Assembly (NCBI GenBank): GCA_945859975.1
Contig: CAMAPH010000002.1
Coordinates: forward strand, 64,001 to 128,000
Reading direction: 5' to 3'
Source of the DNA: Chthonomonas calidirosea
GTDB taxonomy: Bacteria; Armatimonadota; Fimbriimonadia; Fimbriimonadales; Fimbriimonadaceae
DNA length: 64,000 nucleotides
Shown here: positions 30,928 through 40,348 of the stretch, in pieces
Layout: the number at the start of each line of letters is the position of its first letter
Position numbering within the stretch: position 1 is the first letter of the stretch
The notes under the pieces: model-generated
Databases searched by the model: none
Told to the model about the DNA's origin: nothing
Seen by the model: the letters and a program-made list of their open reading frames with translations, nothing else
Made by a program: the position numbers and the translations under genes

Positions 30928-31587
30928 ATGTGCGCGAGATTCGGCGTCCAGCTTTCCCAAGCTCAGCTTGAGCTGACCTTCGGAATTGCGCCGGAAGAAG
31001 ACGAACTTCTGGATCAACCGGAGGTTCGTCCGACGGACATGTCGATCATTCTGGCCTCCGACGCGGAAAGCCAAAGATGGCGCAAAGTTCGCTGGGGACT
31101 CGTGCCGAGCTGGGCTAAGGACGACCGCTCCGCGGCCAACCTCATCAACGCCCGAAGTGAAACGGCCGCCGAAAAGCCCTCCTTTCGCGAAGCGATGAGT
31201 AAGCGCCGGTGCGTCGTTCCGGCGAGCTTTTACGTGGAGTGGCGTGACGAGGCTGCGGACGTGCAACTCAACTTGTTCGGTGAGCCTACGGCAATCTCCA
31301 AGCCCAAGAAAGTCAAGTACGCCTTCTTTCGGGCTGACGCCGAGGTCACCATCCTGGCCGGCCTGTGGGAACGATGGGCCGCTCCGGACGGTCCGCTTGA
31401 GACCTTCACCATCCTCACGTGCGCCCCAAATGAGCTTGCTGGTGAGTTTCACGACCGCATGCCGTGCTTACTGAGTGATGAGGATGCAGAAACTTGGCTT
31501 CGCCCAAGCACAACGGTCGAAGAAGCTCAAGCACTTCTTCGACCGTTTGATTCCGCCCAGATGGGTACTCGGCTAATCGCCGACTGA
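30928..31587 (+). CDS. SOS response-associated peptidase (SRAP/YedK/HMCES family)
   Basis: N-terminal MC, RWGLVPSW, INARSET, FHDRMP. Confidence 0.93.
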   Translation: MCARFGVQLSQAQLELTFGIAPEEDELLDQPEVRPTDMSIILASDAESQRWRKVRWGLVPSWAKDDRSAANLINARSETAAEKPSFREAMSKRRCVVPASFYVEWRDEAADVQLNLFGEPTAISKPKKVKYAFFRADAEVTILAGLWERWAAPDGPLETFTILTCAPNELAGEFHDRMPCLLSDEDAETWLRPSTTVEEAQALLRPFDSAQMGTRLIAD

Positions 31588-31588
31588 G

Positions 31589-32587
31589 TTATTCGCCGAG
31601 CAAACCGTTTAGGTAAGCCGCGAGCCGGTAGCCGCCGAGCACCGCCATTTTTCGCGAAAGATCTGCGGTTCGGCGCTCATAGCCTGCGGGCACCACGCCG
31701 CGGTTGGTAAGGCCACGGTAGACCTCGGCAACCGCCACCTCGCTCTGTCGCTTGGCGATCGCTTCCCAGTTCAGGTTGGCAACGTCCTCATCCTTCGGCT
31801 TAAGATCAGCCCGCGAAAGCCACGCGTTCGTTACCGCGACGAAGCTCGTGAGCCCATCCTGCTTCAGAGCCTTTTCGATTCCGTCATCCCAATAACCATG
31901 CAGTCGGGTCTCGGTCGCGCTCGGAGTCACCTTAATGAAGAATTGATTCCCACCATCATCGCCTCCAGGGAGGAATTCGCGACCAAAGTGCTCTGAGCAA
32001 TGCAATGGTTGGTGAATATCGGCGATCACGTGCGTCGCCCAGTAAATCCAGAATGCGCCTTCGCGGTACTTCTGATTGGTTCCGGCGAGGGTGGTTCGCA
32101 ACCCATTGTCTATCTGCTTCAAGCCATAGAGCGCGTTTGAGGGGCGTGGCGGCGCTGGTGTTCCCGAGCCGGCAAAGAACAACGGGAAATCTACGTAGTG
32201 CCAAGTCTTCATCCGGTTCTCCTCGCTTCCACGCTGGAACGGATCTTGCGTAGGCTTCGTCCCCGGAGACTGCTTGTTAAGGTTGTTCACCCAGTCTTCA
32301 AACCGCTCAGACGGCTTTCCTTTGATGTCGTCCGGCCACAGACCTGCCTCGCGGAACCACGGTCGAACCCGACTTTCGAGGTACTGCTCGGAGTACACAT
32401 TATCGATGGGCCGCTTTGGCTGATAGGCGGTGTCCCCTTCAATGAGCGCACGAGCAATCTTTGCTTTCACCGCAGGCTTGAGAAGCTTCCAGGCGATGTC
32501 GTTGACTTGCTGGTGACCGATGCCATCCCAGCCGAAAGCCGAAGCTCCGGCAGCGAGGGTGAGCACGAGGCAGATATTGCGGCGCAT
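31589..32587 (-). CDS. S1/P1 nuclease, secreted
   Basis: Signal peptide then WDGIGH, WPDDIK, WHYVD, DIHQPLH, LHGYWD. Confidence 0.9.
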   Translation of the reverse strand: MRRNICLVLTLAAGASAFGWDGIGHQQVNDIAWKLLKPAVKAKIARALIEGDTAYQPKRPIDNVYSEQYLESRVRPWFREAGLWPDDIKGKPSERFEDWVNNLNKQSPGTKPTQDPFQRGSEENRMKTWHYVDFPLFFAGSGTPAPPRPSNALYGLKQIDNGLRTTLAGTNQKYREGAFWIYWATHVIADIHQPLHCSEHFGREFLPGGDDGGNQFFIKVTPSATETRLHGYWDDGIEKALKQDGLTSFVAVTNAWLSRADLKPKDEDVANLNWEAIAKRQSEVAVAEVYRGLTNRGVVPAGYERRTADLSRKMAVLGGYRLAAYLNGLLGE

Positions 32588-32751
32588 GCCTATGGATACC
32601 TCAGACATCTAGAGTTTCATGCAACTATCCGAGACCCTCGTGATCAAATCTATCGCTTCATAAGGATGGAAAATTGCACTGATTCTATCGAACCGAATCT
32701 ACTTAATGACCATCATACGAGAGGGACTCATGTCCCATCTAAGTTGCCGTC

Positions 32752-35565
32752 ATGAAAGCCGGACCATTTGCACTCGCCCTATTCACGCTCTCAACAATGT
32801 CGTTGGCAGACAGCCCGCAATCGCGCCAGGCCGGCGTCCGATGGCTTTCTGACATCGTGATTCAACTTAAGCCGAACCAGAACGCAGAGATTTTCGCCAC
32901 TCTCAACGGCCTCAAGTACAAACGCGCGCTCCCTTCGATGAAGGACAGTTTTGTCTTCACCGTCGCCAATTCGTCCCTCGTGCCAGATGAAGTCGCTCGC
33001 TTGCGACGGAACCGAAACGTCATTGGCGCTTGGCAAGACGTAGTCGCGCCACGAATGCAGTGCCAGTTCGTTCCCAACGACCCGTACATCAATGCAATCG
33101 AGACGCAACCCAACGCCCCGTCCGATGACACGTACTATTACGGCCAAGCCGTTATCGGGTTCGAAGCGTTCGCGCAGTCATACACCGGCTCGTCCAAGGG
33201 GTATTCGCCGTTTCCAATCCCGATCAACTTTCTTGATGACGGTTTCGAAGGTGCTCACCCAGACGTAGCCATCAACACGTTTGGTTATGATTTCATCGGA
33301 AACGATAACGACGTCCGTCAGCCTGGTTCCTTCCACGGCACCGCGATGATCGGTTTGGCAACCGCCCGAGGCGGAAACGGGATTGGAGTCTGTGGTACGG
33401 CTCCTCACGCAACGGCGAATGGAGTCCGCGTCAACGTCGTTTCTGGCCCGATCTCTGCCTATGTAAACGCCATGAATAGCGGCTATCCAAATAGCGCCAT
33501 GGTTCACGGAAGCGTGATCGCGACTCCTTGGCTCTCTGCCCCACTGGCTCGCACCGGCCTACAACAGTCGAGTACGAACCTCAGCCTCGTGCATTTGATG
33601 CCGTCCGGAAACATGAATCGAACGGCGGAAGCCGATGAGATGCTCACCAGTTCGGATGTGATCGTTGTAAGCGGCTACAACATTAACACGTCAACCGGAG
33701 ATAACGAGATGATCGAAAACTCGGCGTTCGGCCCGAACGTTTTCTGCACGGCGCCGGCGTCGATTTCTAGGGAGCCGAGCATGTTCGGCTCGCCACCGAT
33801 ACTGCGGGGCTTCGGAACCACCGAATCTCTGTCCGGAGGGTTTGGCTCAGACGGGCGCCTGCTTTCTGGCTATACCGACCGGTTCTCGGGCACGAGCGCA
33901 TCGGTCGCGATGATGGGAGGCGTGATGGCCCAGTTCCAAGAGTCGGTCCTGAGCCGGCCAAGCATGTTCCAGACCCGCGTCATTAAGCATCTGATCGCGA
34001 GAAACTCCACCCCGATCAATACCGAGGACAACACCAATCCACGCGGCGGCTGGATTACGAACGCCGCCGGGCGCCAGTTCAACAACAGCTACGGGTTCGG
34101 ACGAGTTCGGGTGCTCGACATGATTCGGGACGGAGCGATGTTCGATGGAGTCACCGCTCCAAGCTTTACGTCGAACGCACTCGAAAATCCGGTTGGTATT
34201 CCAGACAACGATGTCGTCTCCATTCCATTCGAAATGTCTGCGGCGGCACCGCTTGAGGATGTCCAGCTGTTTCTGAATACCGATCACAACAACATCGGGC
34301 AGCTTCGAATCGAGCTGGTGAGTCCAGCGGGGACGGTTGCTTTGTTGAAACCCGAAGACTTCTCTGACACCACAAACGGTCTGGTGTGGAACTTTAGTGC
34401 CAATACGTTTTGGGGCGAAGCGGCCACCGGAACTTGGCAACTGAACATCAGCGACCTCTCGCTAGGAACGGCTGGAACGGTTGATGCTGCCATTCTTCGC
34501 CTGAACACCGGACAGCTGATTCCGCGAGGTGTGGTGAACGATGCGCAGTTCATCGATGCTACTTTCCGAACTCCGCTGTATCGTGGAGCTCAGACCGAAG
34601 CTACCGTTACCCTTCGCAACACTGGTTCAACGACTTGGAGCGAAGCCCAGTCCTACCGACTGATCTCACTTCCGTTCGGAACAAACACCTGGGGACGAGT
34701 CAACGTTGCCTTGGGACCTACGGAGACGGTCGCACCCGGAATGCTCAAGACATTCCGCTTTAACATCGTCGCACCGAATACAGTTGGTTTCCACCTGTTC
34801 CAATGGCAAATGCGACGGGGCGCTGCACCGGCGGCAAACTTTGGTCAGACCACTCCGTTCCGAATGCTGGAAGTACGCGACGGCAACGATGCGCAGTTCG
34901 TGAGCTTCTCCACTCCAACGTTTATGCAGGCAGGTCAGCGCTATTACGTGCGAGTGATCATGAAGAACGTCGGAACGCGATCTTGGACCAATGCTGGCAA
35001 CTACTATCTCGTTTCGCAAAACCCGTTCAACAACACCACTTGGGGCCGAAACAACGTGCCACTTCCCGTGACCGACAACGTTCGAACGAACCAGTCGAAG
35101 GAGTACTTCTTCCCCGTTATCGCACCGAATACTCGCGGATTTGTGAACATGCAATGGCGAATGCGGGAAGGCGGTCGTGAGAACTTCGGCGACTTTACAA
35201 ACAACGTTCCGGTGTACGTGACCCCCGACAAAGGTGTCCTGGTATCGGAGAACTTCGATGGCGACTTCTTTGCCGGTGGAACGGTGAGCTACACCATCAC
35301 GATGCGCAATACCGGAACGTCAACATGGACCCGAGGAAGCTTTGACCTCGTTTCGTTGATTCCAGAAGCCGTCACCACTTGGGGTTGGCTCAGCGAGCCG
35401 ATTCCTGAGGGTGTCTCCGTTCCGCCCGGTGGAACCTTGGCGCTTTCGGTGAACCTGCGCTGCCCGCTCGTTCCTGGGGAGTATCCGTTCGAGGTTGGGT
35501 TCCGGCACACCACATCGAATCGCTTCTTTATCAATGGAGCACCTCGAACGTTCACCGTAAACTAG
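32752..35565 (+). CDS. secreted S8 (kexin-like) serine peptidase with P-domain and three Ig-like repeats
   Basis: Triad DDG / HGT / GTSAS; YGFG; P-domain; three NDAQF...NxGT..W repeats. Confidence 0.88.
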   Translation: MKAGPFALALFTLSTMSLADSPQSRQAGVRWLSDIVIQLKPNQNAEIFATLNGLKYKRALPSMKDSFVFTVANSSLVPDEVARLRRNRNVIGAWQDVVAPRMQCQFVPNDPYINAIETQPNAPSDDTYYYGQAVIGFEAFAQSYTGSSKGYSPFPIPINFLDDGFEGAHPDVAINTFGYDFIGNDNDVRQPGSFHGTAMIGLATARGGNGIGVCGTAPHATANGVRVNVVSGPISAYVNAMNSGYPNSAMVHGSVIATPWLSAPLARTGLQQSSTNLSLVHLMPSGNMNRTAEADEMLTSSDVIVVSGYNINTSTGDNEMIENSAFGPNVFCTAPASISREPSMFGSPPILRGFGTTESLSGGFGSDGRLLSGYTDRFSGTSASVAMMGGVMAQFQESVLSRPSMFQTRVIKHLIARNSTPINTEDNTNPRGGWITNAAGRQFNNSYGFGRVRVLDMIRDGAMFDGVTAPSFTSNALENPVGIPDNDVVSIPFEMSAAAPLEDVQLFLNTDHNNIGQLRIELVSPAGTVALLKPEDFSDTTNGLVWNFSANTFWGEAATGTWQLNISDLSLGTAGTVDAAILRLNTGQLIPRGVVNDAQFIDATFRTPLYRGAQTEATVTLRNTGSTTWSEAQSYRLISLPFGTNTWGRVNVALGPTETVAPGMLKTFRFNIVAPNTVGFHLFQWQMRRGAAPAANFGQTTPFRMLEVRDGNDAQFVSFSTPTFMQAGQRYYVRVIMKNVGTRSWTNAGNYYLVSQNPFNNTTWGRNNVPLPVTDNVRTNQSKEYFFPVIAPNTRGFVNMQWRMREGGRENFGDFTNNVPVYVTPDKGVLVSENFDGDFFAGGTVSYTITMRNTGTSTWTRGSFDLVSLIPEAVTTWGWLSEPIPEGVSVPPGGTLALSVNLRCPLVPGEYPFEVGFRHTTSNRFFINGAPRTFTVN

Positions 35566-35719
35566 GCTCGACAATGCGACGGGCAGTCAGAAATGGCCGC
35601 CCGTCGCAACTTTATCAGCTTAAAATTCTCAATTCTTTATAAATTGGGAACCATTTTGTCCTTCGCGGACTTAGAATGGATTGTAGGCAGTGATTCTGCC
35701 CCCAAACGAGGAAAAGACC

Positions 35720-36256
35720 ATGATCAACACCCTAATCGCTCTCAGCGCCGTCGCGTTCGCTGGCCCTAACTCTGGTCTCAAGCCAGGCGAAGCCATCACG
35801 CCTTTCCACCCAACGCACGTTGCTGGCCCTCTCGCTGGTTCGACCGACTGCTTCCCTTGCACCTTCCAGAACCGACCACAGGTTCAGGTTTGGGTTAACG
35901 GCGATGACAGCGCAAACGTTGGCAAGATCGTCAGCGCCCTCAACAAGGCCGTCGAAGCTAACAAGTCAAGCGAATTCAAGGCCATGGTCGTCATCCTCGC
36001 ACCAGCCGGAAAGAAAGCTGCCTACGTCAGCATGGTTAAGGGAATGATTCCAAACCTCAAGCAGGCAACCGCAGTTTCGGTTCTCGAGAAGAACGAAGAT
36101 GCCGTCAGCGCATACAAGATCAACACCTCGGCCGACGTCAAGAACACCGTTTTGGTCTACAAGAACTGGAAGGTCGCACAGACGATGACCAACCTCAAGG
36201 CAGACGAAGCTGGCGTTAAGTCGCTCAACGCTGCTATCGCAAAGATCGCTAAGTAA
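35720..36256 (+). CDS. secreted redoxin-like hypothetical protein
   Basis: Signal peptide, SGLKPGE, CFPC motif. Confidence 0.65.
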   Translation: MINTLIALSAVAFAGPNSGLKPGEAITPFHPTHVAGPLAGSTDCFPCTFQNRPQVQVWVNGDDSANVGKIVSALNKAVEANKSSEFKAMVVILAPAGKKAAYVSMVKGMIPNLKQATAVSVLEKNEDAVSAYKINTSADVKNTVLVYKNWKVAQTMTNLKADEAGVKSLNAAIAKIAK

Positions 36257-36273
36257 GTTAGTCGATCCGTGCC

Positions 36274-36306
36274 GCCCCGCTGAAGTGATTCAGCGGGGCT
36301 TTTTTT
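36274..36306 (+). terminator. intrinsic terminator
   Basis: GCCCCGCTGAA-GTGA-TTCAGCGGGGC-T7. Confidence 0.88.
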
Positions 36307-36345
36307 CGCCTCATTGCGACCGAAGTGCTGTATCATGGTTGGCAA

Positions 36346-36933
36346 GTGGCAATAGCGAGAAATCTAAGAGAGCGTGCGGGCAAGCGTGGTTTCTCGCTGC
36401 TTGAACTTCTCGTGGTGCTGGCGATCTTAGCCGTCCTTGCCGCGCTGCTGTACCCCGTGTTTGTCTCAACGCAACGCAGCGCTCGAACGACTGAGACCAT
36501 CGCCAAGTTGCGAAACATTGCCATCGCGACGGCTTTGTACCGCGCTGAGCATGATGGGGATGGCAACTTTGGGACTCCAGCGGAAATGGGTTTGCCGACC
36601 TTTTTTCAGATGGACTTAATAATGCGGCGCGATGACAATCCGTTTTTCAAGCGATCGATGTTTGAACCCGCATGTGACTGGCACGGAGTCGAGGGAGGCT
36701 TTACATTCGGTTATGTGGAAGAAGAGGACAACGAATGGATGCCAATCCTAAAAAGATTGCGAGGCGATTTTCCTTTGGTATACACAACCGGCTGCACACC
36801 TCCTCGTGCATCGCTGCATAACCCATATATGCCAACGCTTTTTCTCGGAAACGCAGTGGATGGTCACTTAATCCGGTTCACTACCCACGGGAATCCGGAG
36901 TTTTCAGAATACTGGAAGGATTGGAGCCCGTGA
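36346..36933 (+). CDS. prepilin-type N-terminal cleavage/methylation domain protein
   Basis: KRG|FSLLELLVVLAILAVLAALLYPVF; C-terminal H...DGH. Confidence 0.88.
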   Translation: MAIARNLRERAGKRGFSLLELLVVLAILAVLAALLYPVFVSTQRSARTTETIAKLRNIAIATALYRAEHDGDGNFGTPAEMGLPTFFQMDLIMRRDDNPFFKRSMFEPACDWHGVEGGFTFGYVEEEDNEWMPILKRLRGDFPLVYTTGCTPPRASLHNPYMPTLFLGNAVDGHLIRFTTHGNPEFSEYWKDWSP

Positions 36934-37559
36934 TAAAGTCCAAAAAGAACCAATCCAGTAAACGACGGTTACTTCGGTCGGTCACCATCGGACTCGGTGT
37001 CGTATCTGCTAGCATCCTTGGCTTTTTCTTGACTCGGGCGGAAACGGGCGAGGATGTTGCTCGAAAAGTCCTCGCGTGCGTGGAACGGGGCGATGGCGCG
37101 TGCGTCAATAAGTACCGTTGGGAACTTGACAAGCGTGACCAACCCATTTCTGATGCGGAAATGTCCCGGTTCTTGCGCGAGTTTATGGACGCGAGACTGT
37201 CATTGAACGAACCACTTGAGGCACCAAAGGTTGTTGTGGAAAGATCGTCTGTTACAATCGAGAGACAGTATCAAGGTGGGCTGATCGCATTGGCCGTTGA
37301 GCAAACGGAAGCTGGATACCGAGCAATTCATCCGGTAACGATGATGATCCTCTGCTCGTACCACGGCACGCAACGCCTTTCAGGACGAGCCAAAACGCAG
37401 GCTTGGGTGGCAGGACTGACTAAAGATGCGAGTCAACTGAATTCCTACGGCATCATCGGTCTAGAGCGCCAGCCATACGGTTCAGTAGAGACCTTTGAAG
37501 ATTTCGTCCGCCGGAGGACTGCGGTGCTTAGCAAACCGATTCCGAAGATGAAGCCGTAG
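36930..37559 (+). CDS. membrane-anchored hypothetical protein
   Basis: GTGA overlap with the upstream stop, GGAG SD, N-terminal TM helix. Confidence 0.65.
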   Translation: MIKSKKNQSSKRRLLRSVTIGLGVVSASILGFFLTRAETGEDVARKVLACVERGDGACVNKYRWELDKRDQPISDAEMSRFLREFMDARLSLNEPLEAPKVVVERSSVTIERQYQGGLIALAVEQTEAGYRAIHPVTMMILCSYHGTQRLSGRAKTQAWVAGLTKDASQLNSYGIIGLERQPYGSVETFEDFVRRRTAVLSKPIPKMKP

Positions 37560-38070
37560 GTGCGCAACGCGCATGGAACGCCACCACCGCCGCCGCGACG
37601 TGGACGTTGATGCTTCTTCCCTTCCCGGCCATCGGAATAAACACTGCCGCATCGCACTGCTTGAGCACGTTGCCGTAGATGCCCCCGCCCTCACTGCCTA
37701 ACACCAAGCACAACTTGTCGGGGTACTCAAACTCGGTGTACGACACCGCAGAATCTGCGACCTCAACCGCCACCAGCGTGTAACCCACTGCCTTGGCGGC
37801 CGCGACCGCCTCATCATGCCGGGCAAAGTGGTGGAACGGCACCCGCCGATGCGCCCCCATGCTGGTCACGCCAACCATCGGATTCTCGAGCGTCGGCGTC
37901 TTCCCGCTCGCAAAAATCTCCACCGCCCCGCAGGCATCGGCTACGCGAAACATTCCGCCGACGTTGTAGCCATCCGCCCAGTCTTGGAGTAGAAACGCAA
38001 CGTCCATCTCCCGCATTTCCGCTGCCTCAAGGAAGCGCTTGATCTGGGTTTTGGATCGTAGCTGTTTCAT
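37528..38070 (-). CDS. TrmH/SpoU family RNA methyltransferase
   Basis: NVGGMFR, LVLGSEGGG, IPMAGKGRSINV. Confidence 0.9.
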   Translation of the reverse strand: MKQLRSKTQIKRFLEAAEMREMDVAFLLQDWADGYNVGGMFRVADACGAVEIFASGKTPTLENPMVGVTSMGAHRRVPFHHFARHDEAVAAAKAVGYTLVAVEVADSAVSYTEFEYPDKLCLVLGSEGGGIYGNVLKQCDAAVFIPMAGKGRSINVHVAAAVVAFHARCAPTASSSESVC

Positions 38071-38095
38071 CGCGTGGTCGATGCTACTACAAAAC

Positions 38096-38132
38096 AAAAA
38101 ACGGGCTTCGGCGAAAACCGCCGAGGCCCGTT
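38096..38132 (-). terminator. intrinsic terminator of rplJL
   Basis: AACGGGCCTCGGCG...CGCCGAAGCCCGTTTTTT on the minus strand. Confidence 0.8.
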
Positions 38133-38148
38133 AACATCTTGTAACGAA

Positions 38149-38550
38149 TTACTTGATGTCGACTTTGCCGCCGGCTTCTTCGACCGACTTCTTGATCTTC
38201 TCGGCATCGTCCTTGCTGATGCCCTGCTTGAGTGGCTGTGGAGCGCCATCGACGAGGTCCTTGGCTTCTTTGAGGCCGAGACCCGTGAGTTCTCGAACGA
38301 CCTTGATAACCTGAAGCTTGGCAGCGCCAGCTTCGGTGAGGATGACATCGAATTCGGTCTTCTCTTCTTCAACCGGTGCAGCTGCTGCTGCGCCGCCGCC
38401 CATGCCAGCGAACATGGCTGGGTTGAAGCCACCCATCGGAGCAGCGGCGGTTACACCGAACTTGTCTTCGAGGGCCTTCTTGAGTTCTGAGAGTTCAATT
38501 GCGGTCATTCCTGCAATCGATTCGACGAGTGATTCTACGGTGGTTGCCAT
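38149..38550 (-). CDS. rplL: 50S ribosomal protein L7/L12
   Basis: [31 protein letters not shown]. Confidence 0.98.
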   Translation of the reverse strand: MATTVESLVESIAGMTAIELSELKKALEDKFGVTAAAPMGGFNPAMFAGMGGGAAAAAPVEEEKTEFDVILTEAGAAKLQVIKVVRELTGLGLKEAKDLVDGAPQPLKQGISKDDAEKIKKSVEEAGGKVDIK

Positions 38551-38555
38551 GGTTT

Positions 38556-39203
38556 TTAGTTTCCTTCTGCTTCCGGGGTCGCCGGGGTTTCGGCCGGAGC
38601 CTCGGTGGCTTCCGGTTCTGCCACAGCTTCGGCGGCGGGCGCTTCGGCTGGGGTCTCTTCAGATGTCGTTGCCGGGGTTTCTACACCCTCATTGACCTTG
38701 TCGGCCACGGCATAAATGGTGCGAATCGGATCGGCGTATAGCGCCTCGATAACGCCCACAAGATTGGTTAGCGGTGCAGCGATGGCACCGATCACTTGCG
38801 AGATCAGTACTTCCTTCGATGGCAGTTCGCTGATGCCTTCAACTTCTTTCGAAGTGTAAGCTCGGCCGGCGAACAGGCCACCCTTCACCACCAGCTTCTT
38901 GCTGGTTCGTGCGTAATCGAGGAGCAGCTTGGCCACTTCCGGCTCGTTCTCGAACACAAACGCATAAGCGGTCGTTCCGTTGTCGTATTCGAAGGGCAGG
39001 TTCTGTCCCGCTTCGCCCGCGGCCTGGCGGAACAAGGTGTTCTTGACGATGTGCAGCTCGGCGCCCTTCTCTCGAAGGCTAGCGCGAAGCGCCTGCAGGT
39101 CCTTAACCTTGAGTCCGCGATAGTCGGTAAAGACTACGCCGCTCGACTTGGAATACCACTCCCGCGTTTGCTCGATGACTTGTGCTTTTTCTGCGGTCGG
39201 CAT
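38556..39203 (-). CDS. rplJ: 50S ribosomal protein L10 with an acidic C-terminal extension
   Basis: [36 protein letters not shown] before ATG 39203. Confidence 0.95.
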   Translation of the reverse strand: MPTAEKAQVIEQTREWYSKSSGVVFTDYRGLKVKDLQALRASLREKGAELHIVKNTLFRQAAGEAGQNLPFEYDNGTTAYAFVFENEPEVAKLLLDYARTSKKLVVKGGLFAGRAYTSKEVEGISELPSKEVLISQVIGAIAAPLTNLVGVIEALYADPIRTIYAVADKVNEGVETPATTSEETPAEAPAAEAVAEPEATEAPAETPATPEAEGN

Positions 39204-39235
39204 ATTGCTCCTGTTTTCTCGGAAGCCTTCGGCAA

Positions 39236-39372
39236 CAAAAAAGCCCCTGCCCAAACCGAAGGACAGAGACGTGTGCGAGGCGAACCTCCAACGTATTCTC
39301 TTGTATCCCCTCGGCGGGCCGATCCTTGCGAATCGCTTAAGGCAATTAAGCCACCTGCTGTCTCCAGAGTTC
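39236..39372 (-). promoter_or_regulatory. L10 leader autoregulatory RNA with attenuator
   Basis: GAGACAGCAGG...TTAA...CCCGCCGAGG core, then hairpin TCTCTGTCC/GGGCAGGGG plus T6; TGTCATACT extended -10 upstream. Confidence 0.82.
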
Positions 39373-39468
39373 GTAAGAGTATGACACGAGCGATGCCGCA
39401 GAATGCAACACAAAAAATGCGTCGGCTCCCGAAGCGGGAGTCCGACGCAAGTTTTGAATTCAAAAAGC

Positions 39469-40245
39469 TCAGTTCTTGATCGTGTTCTCAGACAGCTTCC
39501 AGGTGATGTAGCCTTTGTCGCCGTCCGGCTTCGTGTACACCGCGTGGAAGTACGAGAAGTTCTTGTCAAGGTTCTCGGCGTAAACCGTTCCCGCAATCGG
39601 GTTCGTCTTTCCGCGCTCATAGAAGCCGACAAACAGAGGCGAATCCACCGGGAACGAACCCGTGAGGGCGTTGCCGCCGCTCTGGATGGCTCCAACCGGA
39701 CCGACTACCGTGCGCTGAGAATCGGTTTGACTCACCCGTCGCCAAGCCGCGTCGAGGTTTGGCGTTGCTTTGTACGCCGACATCAGGTTGACCCAGGCAA
39801 AGTTGTTCGCGTATCCGATCGGGAAGTCCAGCCAGTTGAAGGCCGAGTTGGAACCGGCGAAGGCGAAGACCTGGAACGAGTACTCCATCTTCTGGTAGCC
39901 ACCGAAGACGTAGTTGCCGGTCGTGGCGTCCGTGACCGACCAGTAAACGTCTGGCCCGGAGAACACGCGGTCAAAGAACTGCCCCTGCTCGAGGTTATCT
40001 ACGATCGTCACTCCGTTGACGCGAACGCGAATCCGCTCATATTCCGTGAAGTTCGCGAAGCGAACCTTTGGCGTCGGATCGAGGATCGGCGCTGGGCCAG
40101 TTCCACCTGCCGTTGTTCCTGAGCCTCCGCTCGAACTGGAGGTCGATCCGCCAGAACTTGACGATCCTCCGCCAGAGCCGCCGCAAGCCAAGATGACAAG
40201 CGCGGCAACCGTAAGGGTTCCGATAGCAACGGGTGAAGTGCGCAT
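39469..40245 (-). CDS. hypothetical lipoprotein (DUF4397-like beta domains)
   Basis: ILAC lipobox, Gly/Ser linker, KVRFAN motif. Confidence 0.65.
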   Translation of the reverse strand: MRTSPVAIGTLTVAALVILACGGSGGGSSSSGGSTSSSSGGSGTTAGGTGPAPILDPTPKVRFANFTEYERIRVRVNGVTIVDNLEQGQFFDRVFSGPDVYWSVTDATTGNYVFGGYQKMEYSFQVFAFAGSNSAFNWLDFPIGYANNFAWVNLMSAYKATPNLDAAWRRVSQTDSQRTVVGPVGAIQSGGNALTGSFPVDSPLFVGFYERGKTNPIAGTVYAENLDKNFSYFHAVYTKPDGDKGYITWKLSENTIKN

Positions 40246-40348
40246 TTTTCCTCTCTGGCGTCCCCAAGCAAGCCGGGGACGCTTTTGCAAGAGTTTAGGT
40301 CACCCGCAAAATGTACGAGGTCACACGATTCCGTGAACTCAAATCACC

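Noticed and set aside
30928..32587. SRAP + S1/P1 nuclease as a joint DNA-repair system
   Set aside because: The genes are convergent and the nuclease has a signal peptide while SRAP is cytoplasmic, so the adjacency is likely incidental.
38556..39695. 379-aa ORF suggesting an N-terminally extended L10
   Set aside because: The extension runs through the L10 leader RNA and the upstream gene in another frame. The real start is ATG 39203 with an SD.
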